A stretch of 64,000 bases of DNA. Source: Candidatus Bathyarchaeota archaeon (GTDB lineage: Archaea > Thermoproteota > Bathyarchaeia > Bathyarchaeales > Bathycorpusculaceae). The notes beneath the pieces are model-generated. The model saw only the letters and a list, made by a program, of their open reading frames with translations, had not been told where the DNA came from and searched no databases. A program made the position numbers and the translations under genes. Below, piece after piece: positions 31,258 through 41,650 of the stretch (position 1 is the first letter of the stretch; each line of letters opens with the position of its first letter). Where the stretch lies: assembly GCA_963720565.1 (NCBI GenBank), contig CAVRFW010000009.1:96001-160000 (forward strand). The letters are read 5' to 3'.

Positions 31258-32698
31258 TATGTTCGCCCTTCAACTGTTTTCCAACTAAATCGTTTACAGT
31301 CTTGACAAAGTTATCCACTTGGTCTAGTGGGACTTGGGCACCTGCCGCCACGTTATGTCCGCCTCCTTTGCCGCCGAATTCCTTGGCTGCTTGCATTACG
31401 TCTCCAAGGTTGACTCCCTTGCTTAATGCAGAGTCTGTTGTCCTGGCGGAAAACTTGGCGAGGCCCTCATTTTCCACGTTGGCAAATGCTATGAGTGGTT
31501 TCTCAGGGTGGGCAACGCTGTTTATGAGAATGGATGAGATTGTTCCGATTATCTTCTCGTTTATGAAGTTTTCACCATATATGACGTAAACGTTTTCTAG
31601 TTCCTTCATCCGCTCGGGTTTCTCTAGTACCCAACCCAAGTACTTGCTAATGCTTTTCTTGTAGTCCTCCAAAACCCTGTTAGCCTCTTCAAGCGCTGCA
31701 TTTCTATCTCCCATGCAAATTGAGATTCCAAGGCTTGGTCTGTCCAGACGCCCAGTGCTGTTCAGCAACAGGGCGAATTCTCTAGCGTCGCGGAGCGGGG
31801 TCCACGGTTCTTCCCGCTCCAAGACATAAACGTTGCCTATTAGATTCGCCACCTCGAGATGTAATCCTTTTGACAGCAGATATTCGGCTAGGGCAGATGA
31901 CAACCTTTTCTTTTCCTCTTCCGTGAGGTCTCTGAGCGCGCGCCATTTCTCTCCATCTTTCAGTTTAATGTCCAATTTGCTAAGAAAAGCCACACAGGCA
32001 TCTTCTTCTCCGCTGAGGCCGGGGATAAATGGACTAGTCGTTGCTGACAACGCCCTGTGGATTGGTCGTGTTTCTCTGCCGAAAAAAGTTAAATCCTTCT
32101 CGACTCTGACTAGGTTAGCGGTCACAGCATCTCTGACGATTGACTCGTTCAAGCCGCCCAGTTGTCTTTGTTCACGCTTGTCCTGCATGTCACCAAGTGC
32201 GCCAACCAGAGCTATGGGTGACAAGTCGACGTTACTTGAATTGACTGCTTTAGCGACAAAATAAGACACTCCGGAACCGCTTACTTCAGTTGCTCCGTCA
32301 ATGCCGTGCAGATGTGGATTTACCTGGATGAAGTTTTCGTTGTCGGTTTTTCCAATAATCTGGTGATGGTCAAGAATTAGGATTTTAAAGTCTGGTACCT
32401 TTTCATCCAGCAATTCAAGGTAGCCGCTTCCAAAATCAGTTAGAATCACGAGTTGCGGCTTGTCAGCAATAATCTCGCCTATGATTTTCTCGTCAACCCA
32501 CTGCGTTATCCTAACCCGGAATCTCGCGTCAAGTCGGAACAATGCTTTGCCAACTATTCCTGCAGCGGCAATGCCGTCTGCATCTAAGTGTGAAAAAACG
32601 TGTATGAACCCGTCTTTGTCTACGGTTTCTAGAATTGCCTTGGCAGCTTCTGCGGCTGATTTCAAGAAGGCTTCAGGGGGATTTTGCTCTACTGTCAT
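31235..32698 (-). CDS. DHH phosphoesterase, RecJ/Cdc45-like
   Basis: HLDADG, TDFGS, LDHH, GALGD and GGGHNVAAGA. Confidence 0.88.
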   Translation of the reverse strand: MTVEQNPPEAFLKSAAEAAKAILETVDKDGFIHVFSHLDADGIAAAGIVGKALFRLDARFRVRITQWVDEKIIGEIIADKPQLVILTDFGSGYLELLDEKVPDFKILILDHHQIIGKTDNENFIQVNPHLHGIDGATEVSGSGVSYFVAKAVNSSNVDLSPIALVGALGDMQDKREQRQLGGLNESIVRDAVTANLVRVEKDLTFFGRETRPIHRALSATTSPFIPGLSGEEDACVAFLSKLDIKLKDGEKWRALRDLTEEEKKRLSSALAEYLLSKGLHLEVANLIGNVYVLEREEPWTPLRDAREFALLLNSTGRLDRPSLGISICMGDRNAALEEANRVLEDYKKSISKYLGWVLEKPERMKELENVYVIYGENFINEKIIGTISSILINSVAHPEKPLIAFANVENEGLAKFSARTTDSALSKGVNLGDVMQAAKEFGGKGGGHNVAAGAQVPLDQVDNFVKTVNDLVGKQLKGEHIGSHDNA

Positions 32699-32797
32699 GA
32701 GTTTTCACTCTTGCCTAAGAACTGATTTGGACATTTAAAGCTGGCGATACAAACTTCTTGTGCCAAGGCACCTGTAAAAACCGGTCTTGTACAAGTT

Positions 32798-33238
32798 TCA
32801 AGTTATTGAGGCAACTTTTGCTACGTACTTCCAGTTCTTGGGTAAGATGCCTTCTCGTTTGTAGTACCTTGAGAGCTTGTAGATTCTTCCTTCGATCATT
32901 TGCATTGAGCGTTTGTTATGGAGGTCTTTCTTGTTTTTCTCAATGTGAACCCCAAGACTGTGTGCTTTCTTAATCAAGTTTGCTAAATCCTCAGGCATTG
33001 AGACTTTTAGTCCTGCATCTTCAAGAATGTCGCTCACGCTTTTGCCCGTTATCGGTTTTACCAAGGGAATAGCATACTGATCGCGGAGGATTGTTCCTAT
33101 GCTGCTGAGCGAGTGACCTTCCTTAGCGAGTCTGATGACGAATGCTTCTACTTCTTCAGGCTGATACTTGCACCAGCTAGGCGGTCGTCTGCTAACTGGA
33201 CGCGTTGAATGAGCCTTTCCTTTTTCCTGCTTTGGCAT
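32798..33238 (-). CDS. rps15: 30S ribosomal protein S15 (uS15)
   Basis: IG..LRDQY.IP, PEDL.NL and KDLHNKR..RYYK. Confidence 0.95.
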   Translation of the reverse strand: MPKQEKGKAHSTRPVSRRPPSWCKYQPEEVEAFVIRLAKEGHSLSSIGTILRDQYAIPLVKPITGKSVSDILEDAGLKVSMPEDLANLIKKAHSLGVHIEKNKKDLHNKRSMQMIEGRIYKLSRYYKREGILPKNWKYVAKVASIT

Positions 33239-33279
33239 CGATTATCACTTAAGCACTAAAATCCACAGTACACAAATTA

Positions 33280-33960
33280 TTAAAGATACTGGTGACTTTC
33301 ACGATTTACTTTTTCTGTTTTCTGCCTTAAGAACTGTGATCTGTCTCTAAATTTTTCATACCATTCTGCGAAGCGATGGACTGCTTTCGCCCGGTGAGAT
33401 ACCTCATTCTTCTCTTCAAGAGTCATTTCGGCAAATGTTTTATTGCTCTGTGAGGGTAGAAAAACAGGATCAAATCCGAAGACAGTCTTATTTTTGCCCC
33501 ATTTCTCCTCATTTGCTATTCTCCCAGCAACTTCTCCCATGAAGCGCACAGGCTCAGATTGTCCGTCATAGAACGCTATCGCTGACTGGAACGTGGCTTT
33601 CCGGTTCTGTGCACCTTCCATCAGCTTCAGTAATCCAGGGTTGCCTATTGTTTTGTAAACATATGATGCATAGGGTCCTGGAAAACCCTTTAGTGAGTCG
33701 ACGAACAATCCAGCGTCTTCTACCACAACTGGCAAATGGCAATGATTGAACGAGTCGATAACACTAGCAGTGGCGATTTCGGCTAGTATGTCGCTTTGAA
33801 TTTCCAGAGCTTTGACCCTGAGCATGCCTGCTGAAATGCCTTGTTTGGACAGGATGACACGGGCTTCGTTGAATTTGTGGAAATTGTTGGTAGCGAAAAA
33901 GACGACTCTGCCTTTCAACTTGAATTCTGAGCTATTCTTCTTCTCGTCTCTCTGCAACAT
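33280..33960 (-). CDS. rdgB: XTP/dITP diphosphatase (Ham1)
   Basis: ATNN.HK..E, EDAGL, GFPGPY, FGFDPVF and KNEVSHR. Confidence 0.92.
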   Translation of the reverse strand: MLQRDEKKNSSEFKLKGRVVFFATNNFHKFNEARVILSKQGISAGMLRVKALEIQSDILAEIATASVIDSFNHCHLPVVVEDAGLFVDSLKGFPGPYASYVYKTIGNPGLLKLMEGAQNRKATFQSAIAFYDGQSEPVRFMGEVAGRIANEEKWGKNKTVFGFDPVFLPSQSNKTFAEMTLEEKNEVSHRAKAVHRFAEWYEKFRDRSQFLRQKTEKVNRESHQYL

Positions 33961-34597
33961 AGCGCCCCCGTCGTTCTATTTGTTTGATTTTCTCTAAAAC
34001 CTTTGTTGTCTCTTCGGCACCCAGGACTTTTGAATATCCGTCAATTACGTTTTGGAAGCACTCTTCGGCAAACTTGTAATGTGTACTCTGCAGAGCCCTT
34101 TTCATTAGGTGTAGATCTACTCCTTTCGCCTCGAGTTCAATGCTTTTTTCCCCTAGTCCAAAGTCAACTAAGAAAACCTTGTCATCTGCGTTTAGAATCA
34201 TGTTTGAGGTCGTTAAGTCACCGTGAATAACGCCTTGCCCATGCAACTTTCCAATTAGCTCGCCTAACTTCATGCAAAGTTTTTTCCTCTCCTCAGTTGA
34301 GATTTTGTCGAGCAACTGCTTAACCTGGTTGCCTTCAATGAATTCCATCGTTATCGCTGCGTTGCTAATGTCTACGAGGAAAATCGTCGGCGTCGGTACT
34401 CCAGCCAACTTGGCTTCATGCATCAACTGTGACTCGTGGGCTGTCCGGTAGACTCGAATTTGTTCATCGAGTTCGGAGGGGCGATATTTTTTTGGAAACC
34501 GCATCTTAACAATGACTTTTCTGCCATGCCACTCCGCGAGGTAGAGTCTTGCCTCTGCCCCCTTCTTAATTAGGGTCTGAGACGCTACTTCAGCCAT
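33932..34597 (-). CDS. bud32: KEOPS kinase Bud32
   Basis: GAEA, HGDLTTSN and DFGL..DLHL. Confidence 0.93.
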   Translation of the reverse strand: MAEVASQTLIKKGAEARLYLAEWHGRKVIVKMRFPKKYRPSELDEQIRVYRTAHESQLMHEAKLAGVPTPTIFLVDISNAAITMEFIEGNQVKQLLDKISTEERKKLCMKLGELIGKLHGQGVIHGDLTTSNMILNADDKVFLVDFGLGEKSIELEAKGVDLHLMKRALQSTHYKFAEECFQNVIDGYSKVLGAEETTKVLEKIKQIERRGRYVAERREEE

Positions 34598-35601
34598 GGG
34601 ACATCAGCCTTCTCTACGCGCCATCTTAACTTCGCATAGCTATTCTCTAATGGTGTAACTACGCCGTTAGTATATGCTAGGACTCCGGTCCATGCAATCA
34701 TGGCACCGTTGTCTGTCGCAAACTCTTTTGGCACTGTGTTGAACAAGGCACCATGTTCTTCTGCGATAACTGCAATCATCGCCTGCAACCGTCTATTCGC
34801 TGCTACCCCTCCTGTCAGAAGGACTTCTCGTTTTTCAGTGTGCGCAAGTGCCCTTTCTGTTACTTCGGTAACCATCGAAAACGCGTGTTCTTGGAGGCTG
34901 TAGCACAAGTCTTCAAGTCTGAATTTTTCTTTGTGAAGCGCAGTAGTGGCTGCTGTGAGTAAACCGCTTAGTGAGATGTCCATGCCTTTCACCACGTATG
35001 GCAATGGGATCAGTTTATCGCCTTTTGCGGCTAATTGTTCTATAGCCGCTCCCAACGGTGTGCCCTTTTTGTGTTTGAGTCCTGCTTCTCTGGCGAACAC
35101 GTCTAGGCAGTTGCCAAGTGCAATGTCGAGTGTCTCGCCGAAAACCCGGTAGCGACCGCAGTCGTAAGCGGTTACCATGGTGTTTCCTCCGGAAACATAG
35201 AGTGTCACTGGGTCATGTGCCCCTGTCGTAAGTTTTCCTATTTCGATGTGAGCGATTGAATGGTTGACTCCTACGAGTGGTATGTTGAGGTACGACGATA
35301 GGGCTCTGGCCACGGTTGCCCCAGTCCGTAGGCATGGTCCTAAGCCAGGGCCTTGAGAGAACGCTACTATGTTCAAGTCTCGGGGTTTTACTTCTGCCTT
35401 GGTTAGCGCTTCGTTCAAAACCTCGTCTGCTGCTTCGGCGTGGTGTCTAGCAGCCTCTCTGGGGTGTATCCCGCCTTCTTCAGGTATGTAGCTGCTCGAA
35501 GCGTTAGCTACTATGTCTCCTTTGAAGGTAGAGATGCCAACGCCGAAGTCGTCCGCCGTGGATTCTATTCCAAGGCAGTATTCTTCAATAGCTCTTTTCA
35601 T
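34585..35601 (-). CDS. kae1: KEOPS tRNA t6A synthase Kae1
   Basis: GIESTA, GGIHP, GPGLGPCL, VNH..AHIE, SGGNT, GGVAAN and DNGAMIA. Confidence 0.95.
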   Translation of the reverse strand: MKRAIEEYCLGIESTADDFGVGISTFKGDIVANASSSYIPEEGGIHPREAARHHAEAADEVLNEALTKAEVKPRDLNIVAFSQGPGLGPCLRTGATVARALSSYLNIPLVGVNHSIAHIEIGKLTTGAHDPVTLYVSGGNTMVTAYDCGRYRVFGETLDIALGNCLDVFAREAGLKHKKGTPLGAAIEQLAAKGDKLIPLPYVVKGMDISLSGLLTAATTALHKEKFRLEDLCYSLQEHAFSMVTEVTERALAHTEKREVLLTGGVAANRRLQAMIAVIAEEHGALFNTVPKEFATDNGAMIAWTGVLAYTNGVVTPLENSYAKLRWRVEKADVPWLK

Positions 35602-35692
35602 CACGCCTTTTCCTTCGTGCTTTCTACTGTTTTCTAGAGTACATATTTTTATCTGAAGTCTGTACATATATTCAATGTGACGTTCGGAACTG

Positions 35693-36103
35693 ATGGTTAT
35701 GCCTAAGCGTAATGATCTGGAACAGAAAGCCCTTCACTTCGTTATAAACACGGGCTATTCTGGTGTTCTTCAGTCGGAATTATGGCGAGAACTAGGCGCT
35801 AGCAGCCGGGAAGGATCTAGAGTAGCGATAAAACTAGAGGAAAAAGGGTTAGTCCGCCGAGAAAAAGAATTGGAAGGCGGAAGATGGACATATCGGCTTT
35901 TCCCCAAGAGACTACCTGCATCAATAGAATCAATTGTCGACTGCCCGTGTCTCTTGTGCCAAGATAACGCAAGATGCGACCCGACGACGACGATTTCCCC
36001 CAAGACCTGCGCAAAGCTTACCGACTGGATCTTATCTTTAGACAAAAGCAGTCCAGACGCGCTAGGTGACACGGATTTTGCCCAAAGCATGGATTCAAGA
36101 TAG
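35693..36103 (+). CDS. Winged-helix protein with C-terminal Cys cluster
   Basis: LQSELWR.L..SSREGSR..LE.KG HTH followed by CPCLLC..C..C..L..W. Confidence 0.75.
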   Translation: MVMPKRNDLEQKALHFVINTGYSGVLQSELWRELGASSREGSRVAIKLEEKGLVRREKELEGGRWTYRLFPKRLPASIESIVDCPCLLCQDNARCDPTTTISPKTCAKLTDWILSLDKSSPDALGDTDFAQSMDSR

Positions 36104-36710
36104 ACAACGAGATTATTATTACAAGAAAGCGAAGGCAGAAAACTACCGTTCAAGGGCTACCTACAAGCTGTCTCAAACGGTGGATAAATACCAGTTTATA
36201 CGAAGAGACGACATTGTGGTCGATTTGGGTGCTGCTCCTGGGGGATGGATACAAGCTGCTAGAAAAGTAGCTGGTAAGCGAGGTTTCGTTCTTGGGGTGG
36301 ACTTGAAACCGATTGATCCATTTACACAAGAGTATATACGGACGATCGTTGGCGATATGACTGATCCTGAAATGCCTCACATAATTGAGAGTTTTCTGCC
36401 TAGAAAGGCAGATGTCGTAATTTCAGATGCTTCGCCGAATATTTCGGGAATATGGGAGGTCGATAATGCTCGGCAGATAGACTTAGCAACCCAGGCTCTA
36501 AACATAGCCACCTGCACGTTGCGCCCCGGAGGCAACTTTTTTGTCAAGGTTTTCGAAGGCAAAATGCTTGATGGTTTCATAAAGAAAGTTCAAGCGCGTT
36601 TCGAGGAAGTCAAAATTATTAAGCCAAAGGCAAGTAGGGCTCAGAGCTCCGAAATGTACCTTTTGGCGATGAATCTGAAATCAAGCAGCCGAAAAGAAGA
36701 GCAAAGCTAA
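36066..36710 (+). CDS. rlmE: 23S rRNA 2'-O-methyltransferase RlmE/FtsJ
   Basis: YRSRA.YKL, DLGAAPGGW, SDASP and KPKASR..SSE.Y. Confidence 0.93.
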   Translation: MTRILPKAWIQDRQRDYYYKKAKAENYRSRATYKLSQTVDKYQFIRRDDIVVDLGAAPGGWIQAARKVAGKRGFVLGVDLKPIDPFTQEYIRTIVGDMTDPEMPHIIESFLPRKADVVISDASPNISGIWEVDNARQIDLATQALNIATCTLRPGGNFFVKVFEGKMLDGFIKKVQARFEEVKIIKPKASRAQSSEMYLLAMNLKSSSRKEEQS

Positions 36711-36731
36711 TTCTTAACCAACGCTTATTCT

Positions 36732-37442
36732 ATGCACGGGGTGGATTACTTGAAAGTTGTTTCAGCAGATTCTTCAGCTGCTATACTTGATGATAAGTTT
36801 AGACCGTTACGACTTATCGCATCAGCTTCAGTTCTGGCTGAACCCCCATACAGAGAAGCTGACTTGCGTTTGGCTGAGCCGATTTTCAGGGAAGTAGAGA
36901 ATAGCTATGATGTGATAGTGCATGAGGCAGAGCTTTGCAGTGACCTACTTGGCAAAGTGAAAGCCGACGTTGTGCATCTTGATATTTCATTAGGTGCTGT
37001 TTCGATTGAAGAGTTGTCGCCGGTTCAGCTCGCAAATATGAAAATTTCCAAGCAAGCCCGGCAAAATATTCTGAGAATGCTGCCTAAGCTGCGAAAAATC
37101 GCGGGTGAAATTCAGAGAGTCTACGGATTGGAGGTGTTGGCGATTGGCAAAGAAAGTGTTCCAGTAAGGATTGCGGAGCTTACCGCTGGAGCTGAAGCCA
37201 TATTGTTCGCTTGCGCAAAAGTTGCGGAAGAGAAAGAGTCTGTTCTTCTTGGTTTGCCAACGAATTGCCAGCCAATCATATTTGGAAATAGGATCTATTT
37301 GAATTCGCTCTTGCCCTCTGAACACGATGTCCGCGGTTACGCCGAAGATGCGGTGGGAGTCTTAAAAAAAGTTAATATCTTGGAAACGCTAAACCCATGT
37401 GCGCGAGGTTTTCGCGCTCTGAGAATACGTTCAATGAGCTAG
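36732..37442 (+). CDS. DUF4152-like conserved archaeal protein
   Basis: VVSADS..AIL, VHLD and GKESVPVRIAEL. Confidence 0.65.
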   Translation: MHGVDYLKVVSADSSAAILDDKFRPLRLIASASVLAEPPYREADLRLAEPIFREVENSYDVIVHEAELCSDLLGKVKADVVHLDISLGAVSIEELSPVQLANMKISKQARQNILRMLPKLRKIAGEIQRVYGLEVLAIGKESVPVRIAELTAGAEAILFACAKVAEEKESVLLGLPTNCQPIIFGNRIYLNSLLPSEHDVRGYAEDAVGVLKKVNILETLNPCARGFRALRIRSMS

Positions 37443-37453
37443 AAACAAGGAGG

Positions 37454-38011
37454 GTGTTTGAAGTGATTCCTTCAATTTGGAGTAGTGCTTCGCCGAGGCG
37501 CAAGAGAATCTACTCTGTGCTTGCGGTTTTCATTGTGTCAGTAATATTTACTTCAATAGGTAGTTTGATGCCAGTTGACCCTGAACTAGCACAGCAGATT
37601 AGCGATGAACTTAACCAAACGACCACTGTGGCAACTCAGAGCGGAATGCTAACACAATACATTCTGGGTAACAACTTCTTAATATGCCTCATAATGTTTA
37701 TCCCGGTATTGGGACCGATTTTTGGATTATTCGTGCTCTTCAACACAGGCATGGCTGTTAGCGCCATTGCCCTTGTCGAAGGGTATCCCTCAATTCTAGT
37801 TTTGTTCGCACTGGTAGTGACTCCGGTGTTTTGGCTGGAATTCATTGCTTACTCAGTTGCCATGGCTGGGAGTGTTTGGCTGTTTCGCCGGGCCCTACAA
37901 CGGCGAGGTTGGCATGAACTCAGAAACACTTGCATATTTGTTTCATTATGCGCGGTATTGCTCGCTATAGGCGCTGTAGTAGAAGCGGCGCTGATTGCTT
38001 TTGGAGCATGA
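37454..38011 (+). CDS. SpoIIM/DUF95-like membrane protein
   Basis: I..NN, N.G, LEF.AY and A.VE pattern across about 5 TM helices. Confidence 0.7.
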   Translation: MFEVIPSIWSSASPRRKRIYSVLAVFIVSVIFTSIGSLMPVDPELAQQISDELNQTTTVATQSGMLTQYILGNNFLICLIMFIPVLGPIFGLFVLFNTGMAVSAIALVEGYPSILVLFALVVTPVFWLEFIAYSVAMAGSVWLFRRALQRRGWHELRNTCIFVSLCAVLLAIGAVVEAALIAFGA

Positions 38012-38058
38012 AAAGCCAGAAATACTGCGGAGTGAGTTGAGTTTGCCTTTTTCCTTTC

Positions 38059-38916
38059 TTAGATAGGTTTGATTTCCAAACTGACATCCAACGCTCTAAC
38101 ACTGTGAGTGATTTCTCCAAGGCTTATGATGTTGACCTGTGTTTGCGCGTATTCTAAGAGGTTCTCTTGTGTAATTCCACCGCTTGCTTCCAGAAGGATT
38201 TTTTCGTGGAATCCAGCTTCTTTTAGCAGTCCAATGGTTTCTCGGATTAGTTTTGGGGAAAAATTGTCGAGCATAATTACGTCGGCTCCAGCTTTCGCTG
38301 CTTTCAAGGCGTCAGCAACTTTGGTGACTTCTACCTCAATTTTCTTGGTGAAAGAAGTGTTCTGCTTCGCCAGTTGCACTGCTGTCTCGATGTTTTCAGA
38401 GACTGCAAGATGATTGTCTTTGATTAAGACCATATCGTCTAAGTGTAGCCTATGGGTGTCGCCGCCTCCGATAAACACGGCTTTTTTGTCAAAGTAAAGA
38501 AGTCCAGGCGCAGTTTTGCGTGTTGCCGCAATTCGCGTGTCCAAACGGGCTTTTCTCACCTTTTCCACGAGTCTCCTCGTTGCCGTAGCTATGCCGCTCA
38601 TGCGTGAGAGAAGGTTCAACATTGTTCGTTCAGCTGAGAGAATCGTTCTTGCGTCTCCAAAAATCTTCAGCGTAACCTGCCCTTTCTTCGTTTCTTCTCC
38701 ATCCGAAACCAGGACTTTGACGCTTAAACCTAAACTTTCAGCAAGAATTGTAGTTTCCTCGATTCCTGCCGCAACTCCTGCTTCCTTAGATACAACCTCA
38801 GCCTCAGCCGTCAGGTCACTGGAAACAAGGGCGGCCGTGGTAACATCGCCTTGCCCAACATCGTCGGCTAGCAGTTGTCTTAGTTTTTCTTCCAAAACCT
38901 TTCGCGGAACAAACAT
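38059..38916 (-). CDS. nadC: Quinolinate phosphoribosyltransferase
   Basis: GDVTT, ER..LN, TRKT.PG, HR..L.D..LIKDNH, EVEV, MLDN and EASGGI. Confidence 0.95.
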   Translation of the reverse strand: MFVPRKVLEEKLRQLLADDVGQGDVTTAALVSSDLTAEAEVVSKEAGVAAGIEETTILAESLGLSVKVLVSDGEETKKGQVTLKIFGDARTILSAERTMLNLLSRMSGIATATRRLVEKVRKARLDTRIAATRKTAPGLLYFDKKAVFIGGGDTHRLHLDDMVLIKDNHLAVSENIETAVQLAKQNTSFTKKIEVEVTKVADALKAAKAGADVIMLDNFSPKLIRETIGLLKEAGFHEKILLEASGGITQENLLEYAQTQVNIISLGEITHSVRALDVSLEIKPI

Positions 38917-39007
38917 GGTTTGTATTCTCATCTTCTGAGCTTAAAACCCTTGCTTCATCAAGTCTTTTGGAGATAAATAAATTAAATCCACGCACGCACA
39001 TGTTCCT

Positions 39008-40153
39008 ATGCGTCTGATGATAAGCTGCGCCGAACTAGGCTTAGGGCACGTTTCCCGTATTATACCGTTAGGCAGGAAACTCGAGGAGAAAGGACATGAA
39101 CTGTTCTTTTTCTCAGGAGGCAAAGCTTATCAACTTCTGCAGAAAGAATTCGAAAACGTTTACCCATGCACGCCCGTCGCGTGGTACGAAAACTCACACG
39201 GCATAGTCACTTCAGCCTCGATAATAAACGCGCTTTTTTCTTTACCACGCTACAACTACGAGAAACGCGCCTTCGAAGTTAAAAGCTCAAGCGCAATGGA
39301 AACCATTCATCGATACTACGACCTTAGAAGAGACATCAGGAAAATCAAGCCTGACCTGCTGATTTCAGACGGTGACATACATGCTCTTCGACTTTCTGGA
39401 AGATGGAAAATCCCCTCTGTTTACATAGCTAACTTGATAAGACCGACGTACGGCTTCTCTGCTCTGCTGAGCCCTGGCGAACGATTTGTCGAACGGTACG
39501 TGAAACAATGCAGCAAAATTATTGTTCCTGACAATCCGCCCCCAAACACGGTTTCGGAGTATAATTTGGGTGATTTGAGCGGCATGGGCATAGCGGATAA
39601 AGTTGAATTCGTAGGCGCTTTTTTTGACACCACCCCTGTGGACGGATCGGAAGAACACATCTATGCACCTATAAGCGGACCGTTTGGAACGAGGGCGAAA
39701 CTGGAGAAAATCATACTTCCCGTTCTAGAAGAGAATCGCGGTAAGAGCATTGTTAGTTTGGGTGTACCTGGCGAGATGCGGACAAGAAGAACAGGCAATT
39801 GCGAGGTACATACTTGGCTAAGTCTGCGAGAACGCGAAGAATGCATGAGAAAGGCCAAATTAGTAATATTCAGCGGTGGGCATGCAACTTGTTTTGAAAC
39901 AATAAAGTATGGCAAACCTAGCATCTGTGTTCCGACACAGCCTGAGCAGAGGGGTAACGCGGCGAAACTTCAGAGCCTTAACTGCTCGATAACGGCTAAT
40001 AACGAGAAAGAGCTCCGTTTAGCTATCCAAGAAATTGAAGATAACTACGGGTTTTTCAAACAGAATGTTACTGTGCTTAACACTTGGTCTAACAGGTTCA
40101 GTGGTGTAGATCGAGCCGTTGAAATCATCGGAGAAACCCTTAGAGGATCGTAG
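39008..40153 (+). CDS. GT-B glycosyltransferase (GT28/MJ1255-like)
   Basis: GLGHVSR, ISD, SGGH.T..E and P.QPEQ..NA. Confidence 0.8.
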   Translation: MRLMISCAELGLGHVSRIIPLGRKLEEKGHELFFFSGGKAYQLLQKEFENVYPCTPVAWYENSHGIVTSASIINALFSLPRYNYEKRAFEVKSSSAMETIHRYYDLRRDIRKIKPDLLISDGDIHALRLSGRWKIPSVYIANLIRPTYGFSALLSPGERFVERYVKQCSKIIVPDNPPPNTVSEYNLGDLSGMGIADKVEFVGAFFDTTPVDGSEEHIYAPISGPFGTRAKLEKIILPVLEENRGKSIVSLGVPGEMRTRRTGNCEVHTWLSLREREECMRKAKLVIFSGGHATCFETIKYGKPSICVPTQPEQRGNAAKLQSLNCSITANNEKELRLAIQEIEDNYGFFKQNVTVLNTWSNRFSGVDRAVEIIGETLRGS

Positions 40154-40157
40154 TTCT

Positions 40158-40802
40158 CTACTTCGATTCCAAGAGCACAGATTTAATGTTGCCTTCTGGT
40201 GTTTCCTCTTCAAAGATTATGGCTTGGAACTTGTATATCTTGACGCCTTTTGTTAACCAGCTGTCGAACGGTAGCCCAGCTTTGCCACAGCATTGACAGA
40301 GGAATTCTTCTCCGTTCCAATTCCACTCCACCGGTACCTGAGGAAGAAGAAGTCCTTTAAAATAGCCTTTCTCAACAATTAACCCATCTTCCCCAACCTT
40401 GATTTTGGTTGGGTACTCCTCTGGTTTTTTGACTTCTATAAGCTCTGGCGGTGTTAGCACGCTTACTTCAAAGACGATCTTTCCAAGCTCTTTAAGAGAC
40501 AGCGGATGGAACCGTGGGTCCTGAGTTGCTGCGTTTATAGCTGAATCGATAACTGCTTCCACAAGAGGACTTGTGGGGTACGGGTAACCTATGCAGCCTC
40601 GAAGTTGTTTTTGTCCTTCCTCCTTAATGCTTAGTGTGACGAAGACTCCGCAGTGTTCCCAGAGCTTTTTCGGAGTGCTCTTCGGAGGGCTAATGGTTTT
40701 CCTTGTTTCTAAGTAATGTTTCACTGAATTTCGGGCAAGCTTGATTAAGAATTTTCCTTCTTCGAGGTTTAATTCGAAAGGCAAGCTTATGTCCCCTATC
40801 AC
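40158..40802 (-). CDS. AMMECR1/TIGR00296 family protein
   Basis: GVFVTL, LRGCIG, DPRF and GLLLPQV. Confidence 0.92.
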   Translation of the reverse strand: MIGDISLPFELNLEEGKFLIKLARNSVKHYLETRKTISPPKSTPKKLWEHCGVFVTLSIKEEGQKQLRGCIGYPYPTSPLVEAVIDSAINAATQDPRFHPLSLKELGKIVFEVSVLTPPELIEVKKPEEYPTKIKVGEDGLIVEKGYFKGLLLPQVPVEWNWNGEEFLCQCCGKAGLPFDSWLTKGVKIYKFQAIIFEEETPEGNIKSVLLESK

Positions 40803-40868
40803 AATTCTTGTCTTGATGTAGATAAGCTTGTAGTTTGAGTTTTGAACGTTATGAAAAAGAGAAGATTG

Positions 40869-41504
40869 CTAGAATTTTATTGAGTCTTCTGCTACTCCGT
40901 CTTTGGTTATGATTAGGAAATCAATGCCGTCTCCGCTCATTGCATCTCTGCTTATGGCTGATTTTATGGATCTTATAACCAATTCTTTCGCGTCTTTGAT
41001 TTTCATGCCTTCTTTGTAGCCTTCTTCCAAGACACCCATAGCGATTTCTGTTCCAGACCCCACTACTGCATACTTGTCAGGTATTAACGAGCCCAAGACA
41101 TCGAGAACATAGAGTGAAGCGCCTTCCCCGTCTAAACCGCCAACGATTGTTTGCGTTATCAAGGGTGCATAACGGCGGTTGAAGAGGATGTTTGCCATTA
41201 GCTTAGCTGCGGAGCGAACCGAAATCGGTCTGCCCACGTCCATGCTGAAGAGTTCAGCTTGTGCTTCCACTTCTCTAGCGAGGATTTGCATATCGCCTAC
41301 TAGTCCGGCGCATGCTACGCCTATCTGACTGGTGATTTTGAAGACTTTTTTGCCGCCTTTACTGGCAATAAAGTTACCGTATGTTACTCTTTTTTCAGCA
41401 GCGAGTATGACTCCATCGTGGCAGACCACTCCTACTGTGGTTGCGCCGGGAACCCATGCCAAACCGCCTTGCTGAGCTTGTGTTTGCGGTCCATATCCTT
41501 CCAT
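40869..41504 (-). CDS. psmB: Proteasome beta subunit (probably the non-catalytic paralogue)
   Basis: GATTVG, AEKR, AGLVGD, GSG and RDAMSGDG. Confidence 0.92.
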   Translation of the reverse strand: MEGYGPQTQAQQGGLAWVPGATTVGVVCHDGVILAAEKRVTYGNFIASKGGKKVFKITSQIGVACAGLVGDMQILAREVEAQAELFSMDVGRPISVRSAAKLMANILFNRRYAPLITQTIVGGLDGEGASLYVLDVLGSLIPDKYAVVGSGTEIAMGVLEEGYKEGMKIKDAKELVIRSIKSAISRDAMSGDGIDFLIITKDGVAEDSIKF

Positions 41505-41650
41505 GTTTTTTCGCCTTTTCCCGTTGATATACACAAGACGAATTATTAAGCTTACTTATGCAGTTCTGGGAGTAATAGCAGCCATTACGAGGCGTTAAAG
41601 TAACGGCTATAAGGAGTAGATACGCTTTAGGTAAATGGAGAAAGAAGAGA

